Position numbers and translations under genes: made by a program. The notes under the pieces are model-generated. The model saw only the letters and a program-made list of their open reading frames with translations. It made no database searches and was not told where the DNA came from. A DNA stretch of 50,683 nt. Origin: a virus. Its lineage: Duplodnaviria; Caudoviricetes. Each line of letters begins with the position of its first letter. Positions within the stretch are counted from its first letter, which is position 1. This document shows, one piece after another, positions 1 to 7,952 of this stretch. The DNA is taken from positions 1 through 50,683 of the IMG/VR virus record IMGVR_UViG_3300043409_001053; one strand, written 5' to 3'.

Positions 1-53
1 CTTTGTCGATAAGCTTTTCTTCAATTTCTCTGTCTGTTAATGCTACCATGATT

Positions 54-296
54 CTACTTAGATAAAATTTTTGTTTCAAACAACTCTTTGCACTTTTGGA
101 TATGATCCTCAATGTCTATTTCTAACTTCTCATAGAAATCTCTTTTACCCATCAGACTTTCGTAGGCTATCTCCATGCTTCTAATGTCGTCTTTGGTGAA
201 TCCTATTCTAAATGTTACTATAATCGCTAAGGCTTTTTTAAACTGTCCATCTAGGTATAGTCTCCTTGCTGTTTGTATTCTGTTCTCTTTTTGCAT
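54..296 (-). CDS. hypothetical protein
   Basis: 80-aa ORF preceded by A-rich start region TACTAAACAAAAACAGAC-ATG. Confidence 0.75.
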   Translation of the reverse strand: MQKENRIQTARRLYLDGQFKKALAIIVTFRIGFTKDDIRSMEIAYESLMGKRDFYEKLEIDIEDHIQKCKELFETKILSK

Positions 297-320
297 GTCT
301 GTTTTTGTTTAGTATTTTAT

Positions 321-515
321 TCATTTTGTTAATTTATTAATAGCTTCTATTAATTCGTTTGATTTTTTCATCTGCCTTTTATAAGCTTCTGGATAGTTTC
401 CCCATGCTTTAGTCTCTTTTAAAGCTTTTAAAATCAAATCATTTTCTTTGGTTAAAACCTCTATTGCGTAACTCATTACAGTGCTTTCCAGTAATAAGTT
501 ACACCCTCTATACAA
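321..515 (-). CDS. hypothetical protein (start probably the internal ATG at 476)
   Basis: ORF track; the internal Met overlaps the stop codon of the upstream gene (TAATG). Confidence 0.55.
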   Translation of the reverse strand: MYRGCNLLLESTVMSYAIEVLTKENDLILKALKETKAWGNYPEAYKRQMKKSNELIEAINKLTK

Positions 516-691
516 GTATCTATGATGTTCTTCAAAACTTTTCTACCTCCTATAGGTCGATAAGCAAAATCCTCACCTACTAAACAAAGAACCTCTTTAT
601 TATCTCTAATAGCCGAGACAACTTTAGATGTTCCTAATCCATATACTGAAAAGTTTTCGTTTTTTGGAGTTGTAAATGTTATTGCTTTCAT
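476..691 (-). CDS. hypothetical protein
   Basis: 71-aa ORF directly downstream of the promoter at 731-759. Confidence 0.75.
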   Translation of the reverse strand: MKAITFTTPKNENFSVYGLGTSKVVSAIRDNKEVLCLVGEDFAYRPIGGRKVLKNIIDTCIEGVTYYWKAL

Positions 692-730
692 AATATCGTT
701 TCGTTTCTGTTTTGTTTGTCTTTGTTGTTA

Positions 731-759
731 CAAACTTACAAAATGTTTTTTAAAAAACA
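731..759 (-). promoter_or_regulatory. Bacteroidota-type promoter (TAAGTTTG) with palindrome TGTTTTTTAAAAAACA
   Basis: caaactta at 731-738 matches TAnnTTTG on the - strand; perfect 16-bp palindrome at 744-759. Confidence 0.75.
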
Positions 760-776
760 AAATGTTTTATAAAAAT

Positions 777-815
777 AAACCCGTTAAGATTAGTTTTATC
801 TGTTCTTAACGGGTT
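777..815 (-). terminator. intrinsic terminator
   Basis: inverted repeat aaacccgttaaga/tcttaacgggttt followed by a T-rich run on the - strand. Confidence 0.75.
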
Positions 816-841
816 TTGTCTATTTATTTTTTTATGTTTTC

Positions 842-1081
842 CTAACTGAAAAATTCAGCTTCAATTCCTTTACGAAACTTAATTGCTTTTTCTTCTGTGT
901 AACTGTCAAACTCTGAATCCATTAACTCCTTGTTTTTATATCCAAGCGTTATAGATACTTCGCATTCTTCTATTTCTGTTGTTACTTTCAATTCAAAAGG
1001 TGCTTCATCTTCACCTTGCACTTTTTTCAATAGAACTTGCTCACCGTTTTCAAGTTCTATTATCCTTGCGAATTTCCCCAT
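842..1081 (-). CDS. hypothetical acidic protein
   Basis: 79-aa ORF with A-rich start region. Confidence 0.75.
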   Translation of the reverse strand: MGKFARIIELENGEQVLLKKVQGEDEAPFELKVTTEIEECEVSITLGYKNKELMDSEFDSYTEEKAIKFRKGIEAEFFS

Positions 1082-1102
1082 TTATTTTTTTGTTTTTATT
1101 GT

Positions 1103-1501
1103 TTAATAAAATAGACTATTGTATGATTTCTCATATTCTAACATCATTTCTTCTGTAACCTCATTAGGTACTGGTATATGACAATTAAGAAAGTCTCTAC
1201 TCCATGCCCTACACACTTCTAAGAACTGCTCAAATGATTTAGTATCTAAGTCCGAAGTGCTTACTCCTACCATAACGCAACTTTGATCTGGGAGTATCTT
1301 TTTCCTTGAGTTGAATTTATACTTTAGAATTTCATGTGTTGTGTCTTTGTCCTCTCCTATTTCTGTAGATATAAGCAGTATCAACACACCCCAATAATAT
1401 CTGTTTTGGCTAAGACTTCTTTTCTTTGCTAGGACTATGCTACCTTTTCCTTTGCACCTTGGACACTCTTTCGTTCTGTTTATCTTTTCTTGCTCGTTCA
1501 T
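1103..1501 (-). CDS. NinB-like recombination protein
   Basis: motifs RSLSQNRYYWG, HEILK and STSDLDTKSFEQFLE resemble the NinB/Orf family. Confidence 0.7.
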   Translation of the reverse strand: MNEQEKINRTKECPRCKGKGSIVLAKKRSLSQNRYYWGVLILLISTEIGEDKDTTHEILKYKFNSRKKILPDQSCVMVGVSTSDLDTKSFEQFLEVCRAWSRDFLNCHIPVPNEVTEEMMLEYEKSYNSLFY

Positions 1502-1616
1502 TATCCTGCTCTAAGCGTTTTAAAACATTGTAAATGTGAATACCGCTACTCAGCCATTTGTAAGTAGTTTTATCTGGGTATGAATCCCATATTACCTGTG
1601 ATGATACTAATGTCAT
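1440..1616 (-). CDS. small hypothetical protein (58 aa, MTLVSSQVIWDSYPDK...), not in ORF track
   Basis: ATG overlaps the stop of the upstream gene (TAATG); frame open to TAG at 1440-1442. Confidence 0.45.
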   Translation of the reverse strand: MTLVSSQVIWDSYPDKTTYKWLSSGIHIYNVLKRLEQDNERARKDKQNERVSKVQRKR

Positions 1617-1843
1617 TAATCTAAATCTAACATTTCCAAATAACCATCTGGATTAAACTTATAGGCGACCCTATTACCTACTTTAATCTGAGTAATGAAC
1701 CCAACACCCAATAATTTCTTAATAGGCAACCTTACAGCTTGATTTGCATTGTTAATGCTCTTACCAATCATTATCCCAATCTCACTTGGAATAAATACAC
1801 GCTCTGGATTCTGACGAAATACTTTTAATACCTTATGAACCAT
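1616..1843 (-). CDS. winged-helix DNA-binding protein
   Basis: pattern PSEIG...IKKLLGVGFITQIKVGNRVAYKF resembles helix-turn-helix plus wing. Confidence 0.6.
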   Translation of the reverse strand: MVHKVLKVFRQNPERVFIPSEIGIMIGKSINNANQAVRLPIKKLLGVGFITQIKVGNRVAYKFNPDGYLEMLDLD

Positions 1844-2154
1844 TATATTTGCTTAAGGTCTTCTTTAACTTGTTCTTCAAGCTTTTTTTTCTTTCCTCTA
1901 GTTACAACACCTAAAAACTCTGGATATTCTTCTTGTAACTTTCTCCTGGCTCTACATATAGATTCAGAGCTTGTAAGTCTCTTATCGGTGTAGTACATTA
2001 ACAACTCTTTTGCTGACATATCTATAGGGTTCAATCCTATGTCTTTTAGATCTTGCCACCATATAAGACTGCAAAGCATATTGTCATTGTCTCTTGCTTT
2101 AGGCTTATCTGTTAATACAGTAGCCACTCTCTTTGATATTTCTACTAGTCCCAT
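1843..2154 (-). CDS. hypothetical phage protein
   Basis: 103-aa ORF with RDNDN..L and ESICRARRKLQ motifs. Confidence 0.7.
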   Translation of the reverse strand: MGLVEISKRVATVLTDKPKARDNDNMLCSLIWWQDLKDIGLNPIDMSAKELLMYYTDKRLTSSESICRARRKLQEEYPEFLGVVTRGKKKKLEEQVKEDLKQI

Positions 2155-2174
2155 GTTGTTTATATTTTTTCAAT

Positions 2175-2390
2175 TCACAACTTCTTTTCAAGCTCTAAGA
2201 ACAAGCTACCATTTGAAGATTGGCACGATTTGACATACTGAAAACCGTTGTCTCCATCTTTTACTATTTTGATAACCTCTTTTAAATTATCAGAGTTTGA
2301 CTTCCAAACACCACTTAACTGCAATGTTATTAGTGTTTCCGTCTTCGTGAACTTCTCTACTATTCCGTATTTTTTAAGCTTGTTTTTCAT
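2175..2390 (-). CDS. hypothetical protein
   Basis: first ORF after the promoter at 2422-2450. Confidence 0.7.
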   Translation of the reverse strand: MKNKLKKYGIVEKFTKTETLITLQLSGVWKSNSDNLKEVIKIVKDGDNGFQYVKSCQSSNGSLFLELEKKL

Positions 2391-2421
2391 TGTTTTCTGT
2401 TAAAGTTTTTCTTTATTGTAA

Positions 2422-2450
2422 CAAATGTATATAATTGTTTTTTAAAAACC
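2422..2450 (-). promoter_or_regulatory. promoter (TACATTTG) with near-palindromic operator
   Basis: caaatgta at 2422-2429; tgttttttaaaaacc at 2436-2450. Confidence 0.7.
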
Positions 2451-2477
2451 TAATTGTTTTTATTTTATTTTTGACAT

Positions 2478-2505
2478 AAAAAAAGTGGGTTAACAACTCC
2501 CACTT
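2478..2505 (-). terminator. intrinsic terminator
   Basis: AAGTGGG-loop-CCCACTTTTTTT on the - strand. Confidence 0.75.
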
Positions 2506-2595
2506 GCAAAAAGTAAACAAAAACAGTCTTTAATTTTTTAAAAGCAAACAGCCCAAGATTTGGACGTCTGGCTGTTGCTGAGTCACATGTTTAAC
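2478..2595 (-). ncRNA. candidate small RNA
   Basis: TATATTTG at 2600-2607, hairpin GCAACAGCC/GGCTGTTTGC, downstream terminator, no ORF. Confidence 0.4.
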
Positions 2596-2644
2596 GATTC
2601 AAATATAGTAAAAATAAGGAGTCGAACCTAATCGAACTCCTTAT

Positions 2645-2734
2645 TTTAGATGGCAGGACTCGAACCTGCACGCAACTGGGTGTATCATCTTAGTTGCCGA
2701 TTATTACCTACGTCTACCATTCCGACACATCATC
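2645..2734 (-). tRNA. tRNA-like element / pseudo-tRNA with no identifiable anticodon
   Basis: D-arm-like TCGGAATGGTAGA and canonical T-arm GCAGG-TTCGAGT-CCTGC; only 4 bp of acceptor stem (GATG/CATC). Confidence 0.55.
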
Positions 2735-2860
2735 AATTAAGCACTCATTAGGGTGAACATCTTTTATTATCAGGATTCCTACCTGACCTAACTCTTGTGC
2801 TGTACTTATAACCCATCTCTTACATAGAGTTCAGCTTCTCGCTTAGGGGTGAATGTTTAC

Positions 2861-3556
2861 TTATTCTTCAAAATTAATAAAGTTTCTTTTGTCTTTTGGA
2901 ACAGGTCGGCAGTATCTATATTCACCACTATTTATTGTCATAAACACAGCTCCTTGTTTAGTTGATTCAACTTCTATTAACTCTGCAATATAACTGTTAC
3001 TTTCTGGAAATTCCTTATCATCACTAACCTCAACCAAAGGCAACTCAGGATATTCTCTAACTTCAAAGCCTTGAATCTTTTCTATTTTTAGTTTTGGTAC
3101 TTGTAGTTTGAATCCTTGTATTTTAATATTATCTATAGAATTAGTTCTTATCATTCCCTTTGTTTCATTTGGGAATGAAACTATAGAAAGAATTAACCGA
3201 CCTACAATGCCTTGAACCTCATATGTTGTATTTAACGGTGTACTTTCAATCATACTCCCTTCTTTCAAGTCTTCGATTTTAAAATCTACTAACTCGTATT
3301 CTTGTTTGTCTTTCATTTCTTCTCCTCTAATTTGTTTTATGAAATCCTTAACTGATTGGATTGGGATTTTTGGCTTTTTGCTTGAGCATTCCCGATGATG
3401 TAAATCATGACGGTGGGCAAAGTAATACTCTTGCACACCAAGTATTTCACATAAATCCTTTGGAAAAGCAACCCTTAAAACCTCTTTCAGCTCCTCTAAA
3501 GTGCTATCATTGTGAATAGCTACTTTTTTATTTCTTATGTCTTCTATTGTGTACAT
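2861..3556 (-). CDS. hypothetical protein (start reassigned to MYTIED at 3556)
   Basis: the ORF-track start at 3616 lies upstream of the promoter; ATG 3556 follows AACAAAAACAAAAACAATC. Confidence 0.7.
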   Translation of the reverse strand: MYTIEDIRNKKVAIHNDSTLEELKEVLRVAFPKDLCEILGVQEYYFAHRHDLHHRECSSKKPKIPIQSVKDFIKQIRGEEMKDKQEYELVDFKIEDLKEGSMIESTPLNTTYEVQGIVGRLILSIVSFPNETKGMIRTNSIDNIKIQGFKLQVPKLKIEKIQGFEVREYPELPLVEVSDDKEFPESNSYIAELIEVESTKQGAVFMTINSGEYRYCRPVPKDKRNFINFEE

Positions 3557-3585
3557 GATTGTTTTTGTTTTTGTTTTTGTTAATA

Positions 3586-3615
3586 CAAATATACTTGATT
3601 GTTTTTTAATAAACA
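3586..3615 (-). promoter_or_regulatory. promoter (TATATTTG) with near-palindromic operator
   Basis: caaatata at 3586-3593; tgttttttaataaaca at 3600-3615. Confidence 0.7.
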
Positions 3616-3717
3616 AATAAAAGTTTTAAATTATATCTTATTTATTTAAATAGTCCTATTATTTTTTGTCTAAAGCTCCATATATTCAATACAAGTCTTT
3701 GAAATATTATATTCCTA

Positions 3718-5388
3718 TCACATAAACATCACATCTACATATTCCCCACTTCTATCTTTTCTTACCCAGTTCCAATACACCGCAGAATCTAAAACGTTTG
3801 GTGAGTGTCCTAATCTCTTTTTAATGTGTTCTTTGCCTTCAACCGCTATAGAAGTTCCACCGCTTAACAATTTTGGTACTGTAGCTTCTTTGATTAACTT
3901 ATTCAAAACCACAATGTCTGATATAGTTATGATTATTTCCCTTTTTTGAAGCTCCCTAGCGAATGTAAAGTACATCTGTGACCGTAATGACTGAAATGTA
4001 TATAAAGGCTTCCCAGTTGCTTCGTCTTTGATAATAGCGTCAACATCTTGACCACCTTGTAATGATTTTACATTTATGTTATGATCGTCGAAAGTATTAA
4101 CAGTTCCAGCTCCTACTCCTACAGCATCAACTCCAATATGTCTTTCTAATATTCCAAAGTTTTTAAGCTTTTCGGTATTGTAGACGTTTTTTCCTCTGCT
4201 AATAAGCCAATCATCATCTTTTATTACGTTCAATGCTAAATCATTAGCATTCTTACAATGAAACTCTTGTATAAGTTGTAATTGATTACCACGACCCCAA
4301 GCTATACAAGCCTTGTCTCCTTCTTCTGAATTGGCTACGTCAATACCTACTGCATTAAATGACCTAAAGTCTTCTTTAATAGGCTCTAATTCATCATACT
4401 GAGACTTAAATATACAGCAACTAGCTATCCATTCATATCTTATCAACGAATCACTTGATTGAGCAGGTGCTATTCCTCTAATCCTAGATTTATAAAAATC
4501 TGAGCTTTCTCCATACTCTTTTTTTCTGAAATCAATTGAACTTTCGGTTACAGCTCCTGGAATAAAGCTCTTTTGTCGCACAATGTTTGGGTGGTCCAAA
4601 GAACTAATACGAATACTTGTAACAGAATCATATTCGCAAAATTGATGAAGCGGATCAGTTACCGAGTTCGGGTTTCCAACTGCTACAATGTAGTTGTTAT
4701 CTCCAGTTGCTGTATTTTCTAAAGCTTTGATAATAGCCTTGTGAACTCCAGCACATTCTTCAACTACTATTAGTAAGTATTCGGCATGAATACCTTGAAA
4801 GTGAACACTAGAATCTTCATTAGCTGATATACCAGCGGTCTTTCCGTAGCAAATCCACTTACCATTCAAGTTTTCATCTTCTAAGTCTGTATTGTTCAAT
4901 CCGCCATTTCCTTCTGGATAAATACGGCAATTGTATATCTCTGCTTTTGGTCTTAATCTTCTGAATTTAGGGAATGCTTTTCTGATTTCTCCCCAAAGAA
5001 CCGTTTCAAGCTGTTGTTTAGTTGGTGCTGTTGTTACTACCGTCGAACCCTCAAAGCAGTCTAAAAACCAATAAATAAGCCTAGCCAATACATAAGTCTT
5101 ACCGCAAGATGTCGCACTCTCTATTCCTATAAACCTATTGTATTTATCGTTTATAGCAATCTGCCTAAACATTTTCCAAAACGGATTCGGATCACCGTCC
5201 CATTTATGGTCTTTATATTCGTCATACCTGTCCCAAAACAATGTTTTCATGTCCTCTCCAAATCGTTCTTCAAGCCACAAATCAGGTCTTCTTCTATAAA
5301 GTTCTACTTGTAGATTGCTTAAATGCTTATGAAGAACCTCTGTTGTTTCAGTCGGGGATAGGCTCAGATTGTCGGCTTCTAACATCAT
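3718..5388 (-). CDS. terL: terminase large subunit
   Basis: Walker A-like SATSCGKT, TAPT..QL, Walker B LIVVEE, VGNP, nuclease GIDVA, VDAVGVG, SPN..D. Confidence 0.92.
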   Translation of the reverse strand: MMLEADNLSLSPTETTEVLHKHLSNLQVELYRRRPDLWLEERFGEDMKTLFWDRYDEYKDHKWDGDPNPFWKMFRQIAINDKYNRFIGIESATSCGKTYVLARLIYWFLDCFEGSTVVTTAPTKQQLETVLWGEIRKAFPKFRRLRPKAEIYNCRIYPEGNGGLNNTDLEDENLNGKWICYGKTAGISANEDSSVHFQGIHAEYLLIVVEECAGVHKAIIKALENTATGDNNYIVAVGNPNSVTDPLHQFCEYDSVTSIRISSLDHPNIVRQKSFIPGAVTESSIDFRKKEYGESSDFYKSRIRGIAPAQSSDSLIRYEWIASCCIFKSQYDELEPIKEDFRSFNAVGIDVANSEEGDKACIAWGRGNQLQLIQEFHCKNANDLALNVIKDDDWLISRGKNVYNTEKLKNFGILERHIGVDAVGVGAGTVNTFDDHNINVKSLQGGQDVDAIIKDEATGKPLYTFQSLRSQMYFTFARELQKREIIITISDIVVLNKLIKEATVPKLLSGGTSIAVEGKEHIKKRLGHSPNVLDSAVYWNWVRKDRSGEYVDVMFM

Positions 5389-6124
5389 CTATAAGTTTTA
5401 GCATCTGTGCTTCTGTCAGATGTAGTTCGTTTTGTGTTTTCTTTAACTTGTCGATAAGTGTAGTTCCTCTAAACTTTTCGATGTGTGCTACTCTATCGTT
5501 TTCAATCTTAATCGCTACTAGATATGCTTCTGCTTTAAGAGCTTTAGCAAAAAGTAAATGATTCCTTTGCATATAAAGAGCTTCTTCCATCTCAATATCA
5601 AGCTTATAGGAGTTAATCATTCTATCTCTTACTATTTTAATATCCTCTGGAAAGTCTACTTCAAACGAATACCCTTTCCAAATGTTATTAGGTTCTGAGA
5701 TGTTTAAATGCTCTTTCTTAATAAAATGCTTGATGTCTATTGGTCTTGCTCCTTGGAGTAGCATTTCGGAAATCATATCAAGCCTTATCTCGCTATTATC
5801 ATCCTTTGACCTATTACCTAAAGACTTAATTCTGTTTAACCTAGCTTGATTAGGAATAAAAGTATCTCTTGCCTTTTCCTTTTTTTTGCTTTCCTTTGGT
5901 TGTGATATGACTATTTCTTCTTTAACTACTTCTGGATAAGGCTCACTACTCTTTTGTCCGTTCTTAATCTTATTGCTCCAACCGTATTCTTTTTTATACC
6001 TTTTTAAAGTTCTATAAGAGCAGTTAAATTTTGACTCCATACTTTTAAAAATTACGGTGTCCTTCTTACTATCGTGGTTTTCGTAGTAAGCCCTCATCTC
6101 GAATAATTCTTTGTTCGTAGCCAT
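5348..6124 (-). CDS. putative terminase small subunit
   Basis: overlaps the terL start; N-terminal HTH-like SYRTLKRYKKEYGW; helical C-terminus. Confidence 0.7.
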   Translation of the reverse strand: MATNKELFEMRAYYENHDSKKDTVIFKSMESKFNCSYRTLKRYKKEYGWSNKIKNGQKSSEPYPEVVKEEIVISQPKESKKKEKARDTFIPNQARLNRIKSLGNRSKDDNSEIRLDMISEMLLQGARPIDIKHFIKKEHLNISEPNNIWKGYSFEVDFPEDIKIVRDRMINSYKLDIEMEEALYMQRNHLLFAKALKAEAYLVAIKIENDRVAHIEKFRGTTLIDKLKKTQNELHLTEAQMLKLIDDVRSRQSEPIPD

Positions 6125-6143
6125 ATTCAAAGATACAAATATT

Positions 6144-6297
6144 TGGCACTTTTTTTAATGTCACTTTTTTACTTTTTACAGTTAGTGTACATTTATCATG
6201 TCCCTTTTTTGGAATATGTCACTTTTTTGACTAGTATAATCACTAAAAACCCCCATTTAAGCATTATTTTTGCTAAATGAGGTTTTGCACTTTTTTT
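6144..6297. repeat. array of (ATG)TCACTTTTTT-like repeats; candidate pac/TerS/ParB sites
   Basis: copies at about 6144, 6158, 6198, 6216 and 6284 (one more at 6400). Confidence 0.6.
6245..6286 (-). terminator. intrinsic terminator ending the modification operon
   Basis: AAAACCTCATTTAGC...GCTTAAATGGGGGTTTTT. Confidence 0.6.
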
Positions 6298-6308
6298 ATT
6301 ATTGTTGC

Positions 6309-6404
6309 TTATCTATTGTTTAATATTTTAACTATTGGTTCTAAAATACCTACTAATACTCCTACGCCAGAAAATTGACTACCGACTTTTATTTTTTCTT
6401 TCAC
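6309..6404 (-). pseudogene. internally deleted C5-cytosine methyltransferase remnant (31 aa)
   Basis: translates to MKEKIKVGSQFSGVG-VLVGILEPIVKILNNR: motif I-like FSGVG joined to a motif X-like terminal helix. Confidence 0.6.
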
Positions 6405-6429
6405 TTTTTTAACTTTTCTTAAAATGCCA

Positions 6430-7224
6430 TTATTCAATTCCTTTAAATGCTTTTAGTGGGTAGAATATTAATGAATTTCTATAACCTCCGTCAAAGGTAG
6501 GTATTATTGGCGTAACTCCGTGAACGTTTCGCCACGCTGGGTAAACCAATATTGAATTGTCTTGTTGCCCTATCGTTGCGTTGTAATCAGGGATATGTAA
6601 ATCGCCACCTTTTGAATTGAATTTCTTGCAAATTATTACGTTTACTGCTCCAACTATATTGCCAGTGTCTCTATGGAACGGTGCTGAAATATTATAGTTT
6701 GAAATTGAACTTGTAAATAGGTTTGCAAACCTCCATTTTTCTGGCACATCTTTAAATAATTCAATTTGTTGGTCGTATTGTTTTGGAAGTATTTCTTTAA
6801 TTAAGAGTTCGCTTTCTTTTGCTAAAAGCAACATTGCTTTTATAAAAGTTTGTGATTTTTTATTTTCGTGAACAGATGAAATTGTAGGGTACGGTCTTCT
6901 CATATGAGCTTTAGGTGGCACACTTCCTAAAATTGCAGACATCTGGCTAACAACATTTTTGTACTTCCAAACTTGTTTAACTTCGTCCCACCCATCTGTT
7001 GGTCGTCTATCTAAAGACGTTTTATTTACGTTTTTTGAATTAAATTCTTTGTCTGCTAAATCTGCTAATTTGCACATTTTTTCAGGCATTTTAGTCATAT
7101 AAAACCCTATAGGTTCACCATCAGCATAAAAGATACAATCTTCTGTTATATTTGGCTCAATATATGGACAAACATCTGCTATTTTAGTATTGTGTTCTAC
7201 TTGGATTAAATCTACTTTTTTCAT
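6430..7224 (-). CDS. TET/JBP-family 2OG-Fe(II) dioxygenase (5-methylpyrimidine oxidase)
   Basis: FHRD (HxD), GGDL..P, HGVTPI and terminal RNSLIFY; adjacent to GT and ParB genes. Confidence 0.85.
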   Translation of the reverse strand: MKKVDLIQVEHNTKIADVCPYIEPNITEDCIFYADGEPIGFYMTKMPEKMCKLADLADKEFNSKNVNKTSLDRRPTDGWDEVKQVWKYKNVVSQMSAILGSVPPKAHMRRPYPTISSVHENKKSQTFIKAMLLLAKESELLIKEILPKQYDQQIELFKDVPEKWRFANLFTSSISNYNISAPFHRDTGNIVGAVNVIICKKFNSKGGDLHIPDYNATIGQQDNSILVYPAWRNVHGVTPIIPTFDGGYRNSLIFYPLKAFKGIE

Positions 7225-7952
7225 TTGACTGTTTTTTTATAATGAGTTGCAAGTGCTTTAATATTTGTTTTCATATCTTTTCTTTCGCCTTTATTTTTTA
7301 AGGTAACAAATGGATGCCATTCGTAGCACATTTTTTTAGCACTTTCTTCATCTTTCTTTGCTTTGTATTCGTTTTGTAAACCTCCTGAATTAGATCCAAC
7401 ATCAGGACACGAAAACCAAAAATGATTAAACCTTAAAATTCCGTTGCCATTTTTAATTGTTTGTAAAGCGAAATCTCTATCTTCTTTTAAATTAAATTCA
7501 GGTCTATAATTCCATTTTATTTTTGACACATTCATTAAAACACAAACCTCTGCAAACTTTTTATTTATAGAATAACTTGTTTTTTCGTGCCAAGCGTGTT
7601 GAGTGTAATTTATTCCTATTAATTCAAAAGGTAATTTTTTCGCTTTTTCTAAAATATTAAACCAAATCGAAGCATCTTGTTTTATTGTTTTTCCTTTATA
7701 AACACCAAAAGAAGTAACATCGTCATCACAAATTAAAACCCAATCATAATTGTTTTCTTTTGCGTAATTTAACATAAAGTTTCTTACGTATCCTATACCC
7801 TTATCGTTTTCTAAAATAGATACTTTGTTAGGTACTTGATATTTTTCTATTTCTTGAGGTTCAATAAAGTGTTTAAATTCAATACCAACATCTTGAAATA
7901 ATTTATATGTTTTTGTGTTTAAACGCCATTTTGTTGGTATAAAACAAATCAT
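7221..7952 (-). CDS. TET-associated / GREB1-like GT-A glycosyltransferase
   Basis: IPTKxR, RN, ICDDD (DxD), KEDRDF, GG motifs; ATGA overlap with the dioxygenase gene. Confidence 0.8.
   Translation of the reverse strand: MICFIPTKWRLNTKTYKLFQDVGIEFKHFIEPQEIEKYQVPNKVSILENDKGIGYVRNFMLNYAKENNYDWVLICDDDVTSFGVYKGKTIKQDASIWFNILEKAKKLPFELIGINYTQHAWHEKTSYSINKKFAEVCVLMNVSKIKWNYRPEFNLKEDRDFALQTIKNGNGILRFNHFWFSCPDVGSNSGGLQNEYKAKKDEESAKKMCYEWHPFVTLKNKGERKDMKTNIKALATHYKKTVK

Noticed and set aside
2645-2734. Functional tRNA with assignable amino acid, or an attP site
   Set aside because: No 5-bp stem with 7-nt anticodon loop, incomplete acceptor stem, and no integrase seen
3557-3616. Longest-ORF starts at 3616, 6130, 38860 and 42644
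   Set aside because: They fall in promoter or terminator sequence or deep within the upstream gene; downstream ATGs at 3556, 6124, 38803 and 42593 have better context
6144-6410. CRISPR mini-array
   Set aside because: Repeats are only 11-13 bp, degenerate and irregularly spaced; no cas genes
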